From Trichinella spiralis (taxonomy: Eukaryota): DNA of 64,000 nt. Positions 54,097-64,000 of this stretch are shown in pieces; the stretch's first letter is position 1; every line of letters starts with the position of its first letter. The stretch is from the NCBI RefSeq assembly GCF_000181795.1, contig NW_003526941.1:3188178-3252177 (forward strand). Direction: 5' to 3'. Made by a program: the position numbers and the translations under genes. Below the pieces are notes generated by a model that searched no databases, was not told where the DNA came from, and was given only the letters and a program-made list of their open reading frames with translations.

Positions 54097-54407
54097 CGTG
54101 GTGCGTGCCAGCGCGCGTTGACGTCGATTGGCCAGTTTGACAAACGCTTGTATTGTTTGTTTTTTATCGTTTTCTAATTGGCTCATTGCTTATAGGCGGA
54201 GACAGCTGTCAACGAATGAACTGCCGACTGATCAGTGTATAGCCGTGGGACATCGCCGTGTTTAAGCAATTGAACTGTGTTCCTGATCGCTTGCAAACAG
54301 TGCAGCTTGTTCATTAAACAGGAAACAAGCGTTCAAGCTGTTAGCGCGAAGCTGTCGAAGAAGCTAAAGGAACAAAACAGTGTTTGGTTTTATTTTGCGC
54401 AAAAATT

Positions 54408-55469
54408 ATGGTCATGGAGCTTGACAAGAAACCTCGTTTTGAAGGCAACTTTTCCATTCGCAGCATGTTTCCAGATATTCATGATAATGAATTGACAAAT
54501 ACTGATTCAGCTGATCAGGACGAATCATCATCAATAAATGAGAAAGATTTGCAGTCGAAAGTTGATGAATCTGAAGTGCTTTGTTCACCTTGCGCTGACG
54601 ATGACAGCAATAAAAGTGCATCACCGGAGAAAAGTTGTAATGACAAATCAGACTGTAGTGGTGAAAAGAATGACAAACCACCGTTCAGTTATAATGCACT
54701 GATTATGATGGCGATTCGACAGAGTCCAGAAAAACGACTCACGCTGAGCGGTATTTATGAATTTATTATCAAAAACTTCCCTTATTATCGTGAAAATAAA
54801 CAAGGATGGCAGAATAGCATTCGGCACAATTTGAGCTTGAACAAGTGTTTCATTAAAGTACCTCGTCATTATGACGATCCAGGCAAAGGAAATTACTGGA
54901 TGGTGGATCCGTCTTGTGAAGATGCTTTCATCGGTAGTAGCACTGGAAAGTTAAGGCGGAGAAATACCGCACATCGTGTGCGGTTGGAAGCTTTGCGTTT
55001 TCATTTTACCAGTCGTCTGTTTGACCTCAGTTCAGGTGTTTCTCCGGCAACAGCAGCCAACTTAGGACCTTTGGACCCTCGTCTGCTTACTTTTGGCTTA
55101 CCAACTCGATCTCCACGTATGCTAGTTCCGCCACAGCAACATTTGAGATTGGCAACCATGACTGATGAGAGTCATACTTTGGGGTGGCGTCCGTATACAG
55201 CAACGGCAGCCACCAACAGTCCAGTGGTAAATTTGCCAAATGGACAAGTGATTCCATCGACGGCCGCATATCCGATTGCCCAGACACCTCCGGTACAGTT
55301 GCCGCTTTTGAGCGACCTCAAGATGAGTTCGGGTCTGTCGTCAAGCCAGTTAAAATTTCAACCTGCAAGTTTTAGTCCAGTTGGTTCGTTTGGTTACTCA
55401 CTGGCTGACGTTGATTTATTGCAGCTTTATCAGAACCAAAGGGCTGGATATTACAAGCCGTATTTTTGA
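54408..55469 (+). CDS. FOXG1: Forkhead box G transcription factor (FoxG1/sloppy paired/fkh-2), intronless
   Basis: [24 protein letters not shown]...[31 protein letters not shown]...[12 protein letters not shown] is FoxG-diagnostic; N-terminal eh1 motif FSIRSM; first ATG at 54408. Confidence 0.96.
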   Translation: MVMELDKKPRFEGNFSIRSMFPDIHDNELTNTDSADQDESSSINEKDLQSKVDESEVLCSPCADDDSNKSASPEKSCNDKSDCSGEKNDKPPFSYNALIMMAIRQSPEKRLTLSGIYEFIIKNFPYYRENKQGWQNSIRHNLSLNKCFIKVPRHYDDPGKGNYWMVDPSCEDAFIGSSTGKLRRRNTAHRVRLEALRFHFTSRLFDLSSGVSPATAANLGPLDPRLLTFGLPTRSPRMLVPPQQHLRLATMTDESHTLGWRPYTATAATNSPVVNLPNGQVIPSTAAYPIAQTPPVQLPLLSDLKMSSGLSSSQLKFQPASFSPVGSFGYSLADVDLLQLYQNQRAGYYKPYF

Positions 55470-58400
55470 TGATAAGTTTGCTTTTGTTTTTATCATTCAT
55501 AAGCTCAACAGTTCTCATTGTCAACCGGTTTGGATAAATTCCATTTATGCCCATCTGTTTTATTGTCTGACTATTTGAATTCGAATGGTGTTATTTTCTT
55601 GTAGTCAACATTGCGATATAGAATTTTCACATATTTTTTCACGTTTGTACAAACTTTTTATGAAATATTAAGAAATTTGTTACATTCAGATTAAATTGAA
55701 ACGTTCTTCAAATTAATCTCGTTTTGATGCTACTATTTAATTGCATAATAATGAACATATTAAGGATGTTGTTTGTTCATTGTTGTCATCATGGGCAACA
55801 TGCTGATGCAACACGACGAAAGGTCAATTTTAAGTTTCACATGTATTTATTTATTTATCTTTTTGTCTTGATCATGCAGACGCTAAATTGTCTGGCTGAG
55901 CGGAACTTTTTCACTTCTGAGCGAGAATGCAATTAATTTTTCACTGACAAGCTATTATGACTTCCAGCAGTAGAGCAATTTTTCTTTCCACTGACGACGA
56001 TTAGTGTGTTCCGGAAGTTGTCAGCTTTGAAATGAAATAAACAGCGATTTCTGTCTGGTCGACTGATGAAATTGGCCCACCAAGGCTGCTAAGCAAGTTG
56101 AACATTTTTTTCTGCTTTTCCCGGCTCATTTTTTTTCTTTTTTTATTCTTTATTTTTCTTGCAATTTGTATATCAGCAAAGTATACACACATACACACAT
56201 ATCAGGTGACAACTGAAAAATTAATTGAAATAATGCTAGTTTGTATTTCCGTTGCGTGCATATTTTTGTTTTACTTAAAAAAGCATTAATCATATATAAA
56301 TTGGCATATTGTATACAACTGCTTTTTTACAAAAAATCAATATTTTTATTGACCGGATAAATGATGATTATGTCAAAGTTAGAATGCTAATCTTTTCTAA
56401 TTATTAGCACAGCTGCGTATCTAAATTTCTTGAATTGCTTACACAATTGGAGGTTGACAATTTTTATTTGTGTAACATAGGCCTTCAGATTTTTTGTTTT
56501 GTTTTTATAAAACATAACATCTGAATAAGCAAGATCAACATATGACACCATAAAGTCATCGAAAGATAAAGCATTGTTTATGTAAAATTAAAAATTTGCA
56601 CAACATGTATCCTCAAATAATATATAAAATTAGAAAATTAAACAGTATGCTAACGTAAAGCAGCAGCTGTTGATACCACTTCAAATCTGTTTGTCATTGT
56701 TTGATAGAGGAGCTCATTATTCTACATGAATGATTCGAACATTGAATTCCATCCTTTTCATATTTTTGTTTTCAATAGCATCAATATAAAAATGTTGAAT
56801 GAAAATGTTTGCTATGCAGTTGAAATGCAAATTAAATTTGCGTTAACTGTACTTTTATTATTATTCTTGATTTTCACATAACACAGTTGTATTTTCAATA
56901 CAACTGCTCTGCCATACATACACAATTCATCGCTATCTCGGCTATTATATCACTGATAAAATTGAGCAAATTTCATTATTTAAATTATTTGTTTGCGGTG
57001 CAGTCTCGGTTGATATTTTCACTGTTGCTATTAATCTCTTCTAGCGTATTATTAAAATAAAATGCCACGCATTGCTTTTTTCTACTATTTCTGGATGGAT
57101 GGTAATACAATTTTTTGCATAGAAAAACGAAAAAGTTCATTTCTATAATAGTAAAATACATTCAAATGATTTCTGGCATAAATTTCTGTCGCCTGAAGCA
57201 AAACTACGCGCTGTGATGGACTTGCTCACACTATCAGACAAGCTGTCCGACGATGAGGATTAGCCGTGTGGATTAGGCGTGGCAATTTTTCGTCGTTTTA
57301 ATTTTCATTTTCTCTTTCAGCGGACAAGCTGCATGCATGAAGCAGAGCGTGGACGATCCGGTTTGTTCGCTAGCTCGAAGCTAAACAGTTTATTTAACAT
57401 AAGACGTTTTACTACAGTGGAATCGGCTAATCATGGACAACGTCGGCTTTCACGCTTATTCAAAAAATCATCACCTTGTCGAACAGTAGCAGTAGCAAGC
57501 AGCTTGCCAATCTTGCGCGTCTGATCTATGGAGAAGCGCTGACCATGAAGATTTGCGGACAATGAAAACATCGCTTCTTTTACGCTTCAGCGCCAGTATG
57601 AAAAGGCTTGCATGAATAGAAAGACTAACCATCTAAGACAAGAAGAAGCAGCATATGAAGAAAAAACAGAAAAGGAGAAGAAGAGGAAGAACAGTTGCCG
57701 GTCGACAGACGAGAGACCTCTTGTCGTCTAATCGGTTACCAGCGTTATCAGGTGAGAAATATGAAGCGAGCAGGCGTATAAAAGCGTGTTAGCCAACTTT
57801 GTTATTTGTCTTTATTTTGTGAATCAATGTGGATCACCGTTCTGCTAGCCTGCTGAAGTCATTAGCGCAGCAGGATCTGGCCGGTAATCGGCTAAACGCG
57901 CACGAGATTAGCAGTCCAAGCTGGCCTCTTTTGTCGGGTGAATAGAAAAGCAGTCGGTAAAACAATGGAACAATTTGTAAATAGGCGGATCTCAAGCATA
58001 CTCCGGGGGGCATCAATGGACACTTTGACTTGACGGCTTGCTAACTTCAACCGGCTGGATTGATCAAGGCGGTCTGCAATCTCTCCTGCTGATCACTTGT
58101 TCAAGCTAGCTTTGTTTCATCAGCAATAGCACAACTTGCTATCTGAACCGCCGACGGCTCGGCTTTCTCTTTTCATGCTTGTCTCACATACCGTCACACA
58201 ATATCGGTCAATGTATTCGTTAGCTTTCTGTTATCTTGCGAAAAAGCTATTTTCTATCTAAAACATAAAACAAGCTTTGTTTGTGCAAAAGCCATCTCAC
58301 TTTTTCAACAATAGTAGGTCAGCAAAATCTGCCGTGTACATGCAAAATGATCCCAACATGCCAATTGTTTTTTGCATCTGAATTGTGTATAAATTAATTA

Positions 58401-61400
58401 TTTTTTCAAAAATCCAAGCATATGTAAAGTGGAAAAATTTGCCACAGTATTATTTTCAGGTTTTCCCCTCTATATTCTTCTTTATCCTTTCATCTGCTTC
58501 TCCCTTTTCTCATATATGTATTTTTAAAACTCGAACTGACTTTATCCATTCAAACAGGGGTCGGTCAATCAAAACGCGCAACGCACGGCGCAGCTGTCGC
58601 TTTTCCATGTTCAACGGTTTCAGTCAGAGGTCAGAAAAACATACGCCATCAAATGACCATTACATCACCGTAATTTCCGATTCTCTGACTATGCTGCCAA
58701 GTTCAGCACTGGTCAAATGGACCAGCTGACCAATTCTTAACAGCGGTTGAGCTTGATTGGAAACTTCTGTTCAACAACTGTCGTTCGGCATCTTTTGATT
58801 TAATCGACGACTGTTTCGAAAAATCAGCCACCATGGCAGCAGGGTCAGAGTAACAAAATTCCTTGCATGAAAACAACAGACTCAGAGAGTTTTACATAAT
58901 TCAAGAGCAAAACAATTCATCAACTCGAATAATCTTCATACACTGCAACTCAGTTTTACTTTATTATTCACAATAAAATTAATTTGCGCACTTTTACCTA
59001 ACTAAAACTAGCATAATCATTATCTTCAACATCTCAATATCTATATGTTTATATTTATTCATTTTTTACATTTGCTATGTTTTCCCTTTTTATCTTTGAC
59101 ATTGATATGAAAAATTTCTTTTCAAAAAACGTGATATTATTAGCAATAATAATAGTTGAGCTTAGTTTCTATAGAAACCTTTTGTTCATTTTTCTTTCCT
59201 ATTTTTAAAATTATTATTATTATTTCATTTCTCATGTTGATAACGCATTTCTTTTTTGCCTTGAAAAACAATTACTTTTATTGAAATTTATTCTTTTGCA
59301 TTATAGTTATTGATTATGAAATGCGAAAATGACAGCACCTATGCGTTTGAAATGTTAACACTTAGAAGCTTTATAGACTTTTTTTTGCTATTCAACAATT
59401 TTCATGACAATTTACAGCAGTGCAATCTTATGCTAATTTCCTTGGTATATTTCGTTGCTGTTCATGTATATTATTCTTTATTAGGTGAATTTATCCGGCG
59501 TTGAAATCTAGGTACATCTGAATTCTTAATACTGATAAGCTAGCCAAAGTAATGCAATATCATACATATATTATGAAAACGAATGTTTAACTGCATGTAA
59601 TGATATTTTAATACATATGTATTTAAAGTGTCGGTACATTTTCATTTTAAACTTTACAGCTGAAAAGTGAAAAAAAATTTTTCCTTGTAATCAGCTTAAT
59701 TTAATTTATTGCACATTTGCAGGAAATGCAAATTTTATATAAATTAAAGCTGACTACTTTTATGCAAATTTTTTGTGGTTATTACAAGTATTGACATTTA
59801 GCAAACAAAGCAAACAATAATAGGCAAAATGAATAATTGAATGTAAATGCACGCGTTTAACTTTCTTTCATTAAACTTTTATTCGTCTAAAATCTTTTCT
59901 TCTTGTTAATAGTCGTCATCAGCGTTATAATTGATATTTTGCATTTTTGCTGCTTTTGATTCAGCTTATTTCTACCAATATGCAAACTTTATTAATTCAT
60001 TCATTAATTCTTGTGGTAATTTTTAATCATCTTGAGGCTGCTGTTGTTCATTGCTTCGAAAACTGTAATTGCATTTTTCAAAATATTAAATATATTTCCA
60101 TGCAATGTATTATTTTCATTTCATTTTATTTTATTTGTCATTTATTGCACGAAAAAGAATTTCAACATCATTGACACGCATTGCATTGATGGTATGTATG
60201 TATGTAAGAATTTTTACATTACAGTTAACTTAATATTATATCATGTGATTGATTTTTGCTTCTTAAGTAGCATATTTTTTAAAAAATGTTTTTTTATTAC
60301 ATTCCTGCGTGTTGCTTCATTTATGTAGTTTTCAGTAGCGCATATTTAAATTTAAAATATATTAGCAACTGAGTAAGTTTGTTTGGCACTTATTTAAAAA
60401 GTTTTTTGTTGCATAGAATTTTTAATATGCATTAAACTGTCGTTACATTGGAAAAAAATTCAAAAACACTTACTTTATATTTAATACTGATATTTTTTTC
60501 CTTATGTGATATATTTATTACTTACTAAGGATTTTGTTCAGTTCAGTTTAGCCTAATTTTGAAATTATGCACAGAGCTAGCCGTAATTAGTCAATATACT
60601 AAGTCAGTTGGTCCAAAGATAATTGAACGCTTTATTGATATTAATAAGAATTTAACATTTCCTTGCCACCAATGAGGAGAACTATTGCCGAAAGACTTGA
60701 TCAAGTATTCCAGGTGTTAAAACAAATAGTATTAAGTTTGTGAAAGGTTGCTGAATGCCCATTACAAATTTAATCTGCAAATGTTGCATCATTCTTTAAA
60801 ATCATCATTAATTGTTTTCATGGTTAACATTTTCTTTGGTAAAAATATTTTAATACGAGAGCATTGTTTAGCCAAACGTTGCCAGTTTCACACGCAGTGT
60901 ATGCTTAATTAAAACTTTACCGCTGTTTTCAGTTCTCATTCTTCAATATTCTCATTTGTAAGTGAATCTTGTTTTTGCGGTCATTCAACTCTTTGTGTAA
61001 CTTCGTTTTCAAAATGCAAAACACTTTAAACACTGAAAGAACGTGAAGCATAAAAGGAAAACTATCTCATCTATATTCAAATAAAGCATATTATACAAAT
61101 TAAATGTTTATTGATATGTATTTGCAGCTACACTTTTATATTTGTTTATTTCAAATTTGACAAGGAAAACTTTCAAATTTTTAACAGCAACGCAACTGGT
61201 TCATTATGTGATCTGATTTATTTTTCATAGTACTGTCATTTTGCATTCCACACTGAAGTAGTGAAAGAAACAGTTGATCAATTTTAATGTTTTTTTTCGT
61301 AAAAATGAAGCAATAATTTTTGAAAAATAAAGGGTAAACAATAAGGTATTCTAAGTCAATGCTGATTACTGTTAGCACTGTTACAGTTGTCATAGTGTTT

Positions 61401-61525
61401 ATAAGATATTTTAATAAGCAGCAACTGCTATTATTATTATTATTAGTATTAGTATTAGTATTGTTTCAGAAATGTAAAGAAAAAGCAGATAAATCAAAAC
61501 ACACGTTCTGAGCAAATGAAATGGA

Positions 61526-62113
61526 TTAAACTTTGTTTGATTTCAGTGCAGGCCTGAGACGGTCGTAAGTGTCACAAGAAGATGAGTGATCATCTTCAAA
61601 ATGTACCCTGGGGCGACTTGCTTGGTTGACACCGTTCGCTGCGGGTTGACAATTATTAACTGTCGGAGGATAAGGGCTGTAAATTATAGTTCCAAATGGA
61701 AATGAATTGACACAAGCCCCCCCTAATAGATCTGCACGATGTCGCCTTTTGTAACACCAACATCCGTTGCAAAAGAAACAGCAAAGCAAGGAGAGCAGTA
61801 CAGAGATGACAATACTCGCAATCAAGCATCCGACAAAAACTGGGGAATTGTGCCTGAAAATGAAAATTTTTCAAAAAATTAAAGTTGTAAAATTCATTGA
61901 ATTTTCATTTTACTTCCACCAATTGGACAAACCAATCACGTAAATTCGTTCCAGCTCTTCATCACAGCAGAAATAATCTATCTTGTTCGGATTTCCAGCT
62001 GAGGCACAGCATCGATGGGGGCATTCGAGGTCGTTTGGGCAAACTTCCACTGAGCCAACGTTGTAAAAAACCACACAAAATAATAAAAGAAATAACAATA
62101 CGATTTTCATCAT
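61526..62113 (-). CDS. WBP1/VOPP1/Shisa-like single-pass membrane protein with a six-cysteine ectodomain, 2 exons
   Basis: Signal peptide, C-x5-C-x3-CC-x12-CC ectodomain, in-phase junction WWK|HNSPVFVGC, TM helix, juxtamembrane CCFFCNGCWCYKRR, Pro/Tyr-rich tail. Confidence 0.8.
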
Positions 62114-64000
62114 TCTTTCACCAAAGTACAGAAGCAGCGAGTGTCAGACTGGGCTTGAATGGTCAAGGTGTTTGTTCACCAACCGCTTGAGGAGCAGTGT
62201 TTTCTGGCCTTCGACAGTAATTTAAAATAAAAACAGTATGATTCACGCATTTTCTTTAAAACGCTCTAGTCTCTTAAATGAAACTTGTTCTCAAATGTCG
62301 GTCAGTTTAAACGAGTTTTGCTTCTTTTATAGCTCTTTCTGAAACAACTAAATGAACAATGACAATTCATTGAAGGCAACTGCAAATTTTCAGCTAAACA
62401 GCATATATACCATACATATATACGCATAGGCTTATGCACATTCAAACATATCTATGTCTATAGGTGCGCATTGAAGAAGCATGCAATTCAATTGCACCCG
62501 TGCAGTGATCAAATTTTCCATGGCTACTCTTTGTCAGTTTTGTTCGACAACGTACTAATTTATTGATGACTGAAGGTATAAATTTGTTATTTTAATCAGC
62601 AAAGTTAAAAAACAATTGTAATATGAAATTTAACGAGTTCATATATGAATTTCAGGTTAATTTGTGACAATTTAAAAATAAGCATATGATTTAAAAAACT
62701 ATTGTGGCAAACAATTGGAAAGCAAAGAGCCAAGAAAAGCTGCAGCAGCTTTTGGAATAATTACCTTGGAAAGATTGCTGCAATAAACTGTTGCTTGTAA
62801 AATTTGAAAACTTAACACAAAAGTCTTTATTTATTAAAGTTTATTTATTTATTTATTTATTTAAACATCTGCGCTTTTAAACGAACATACAAAACGTGTA
62901 ATTTTAATAATGTAATGTATACAGCACATTAGAATGTAGTTTACAAAAGAAATATTTCACGTGGCTAAGTAATAAAATATGAGATATTATAAAAATTGAA
63001 AATTGATGGTATTGCAAATAAAGTTAATTTTTATTAGATAAAATTTTATTTCAATTTTATCCTTCATTGACAATATAATAAATAACATTCAAAAGCACAA
63101 ATCTTTAAGATTGAAGACTTAATAATAGGACATATTTTCAGCAAAAAATGAGAAACAACATTAAGCATTGTTGATGATAATTAACCACATTTCAAAAATA
63201 TTTACATTTATTTAGCATTAAATTTTCAAATCAGAATATGTATGTAAATGCTTTCCTTTTGAATTAGATTCACATGAAAATTTTGATTCGATAAATATTA
63301 AATGAAAAAATGAACATTAGTATATGCTTGTCTTACATGCAACAATTCTGCTTTCGAATAATTGTTAATATTTTTACAGATGCAGTTGAAGTTAGAGAAA
63401 TGTTTTCATCGTGAAGTGCTTGGAAATAAGACTTCTAATGCATATTGAAAAGCAACGCCGAGCTGGATGTTATTAAACTTCTGCATAATGCAATTGTTGT
63501 TCTGTGGTGGGCAACGAACAAACCCGAAAGATCAATTGTTAACTGAAGTTTGGAAAATAAAATTGTTCACGTCAAACAATAGTCAAACAACATGGCAGGT
63601 GCCGCAACAGCTGATTAGCAATTTTAAAATTAGCTCAGTGAAACTGCAGCAATTTAATTTTACATTTGTTTAAACAGATCAGAACAACTGCCACGAATGT
63701 CTGACGGTGTCATCTGAGAATGAAATATTTAAATCAACAACGAAATATGAGAGCTGCTGCTGATAAATTAGTCAGATGTAAGTGAACTTTAAGATTTTAA
63801 ATTACAATCAAAAATCTACTTTGTAAATTTAAAGTAAAATAATATACAAATTTATGTTTCAGATTCATCTGTTAGCAATGTACAATTAACATATTCTCAA
63901 TGGATTGGACTTGCATTTCAATTAATACAGTATACCATCTCTTGAGTTTTTGTTTTAAAATGTGAATGTGTGAGAAATCAAAAACAAAGGAAATTCTTTC

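Noticed and set aside
53856..54186. Poly-HT and poly-VC ORFs
   Set aside because: Translations of the (GT)n repeat
56884..56906. Perfect 10-bp inverted repeat CAGTTGTATT-TTC-AATACAACTG
   Set aside because: Isolated and short; one such repeat in 64 kb of AT-rich DNA is unremarkable, and bacterial terminators do not apply here

Overview
AT-rich, gene-dense eukaryotic DNA with many short (about 45-100 nt) GT-AG introns. Gene content and style suggest a clade I nematode such as Trichinella (inference). Manual splicing supports 15 recognisable genes, in order: alpha-arrestin (+), Star-like FkbM methyltransferase (+), UPF2 (-), GPN3 (+), a secreted catalytically dead trypsin-fold protein (-), a + strand cluster of TMEM72-like, TADA1, RAB4 and cystatin, alpha-neurexin (+), STI1/HOP (-), SOSS-C/INIP-like (+), a single-PLAT protein (+), FoxG (+) and a WBP1/VOPP1/Shisa-like membrane protein (-). 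There are also two poorly resolved uncharacterised genes, several microsatellites and an N-containing low-quality segment near 44 kb. No CRISPR array, rRNA, tRNA or clear transposon was seen, and I found no clearly new multi-gene system. The best leads are the pseudo-protease, the tailed cystatin, a type II membrane methyltransferase, operon-like clustering, the conserved neurexin heparan sulfate/Cys-loop site, and gene-poor flanks around FoxG.
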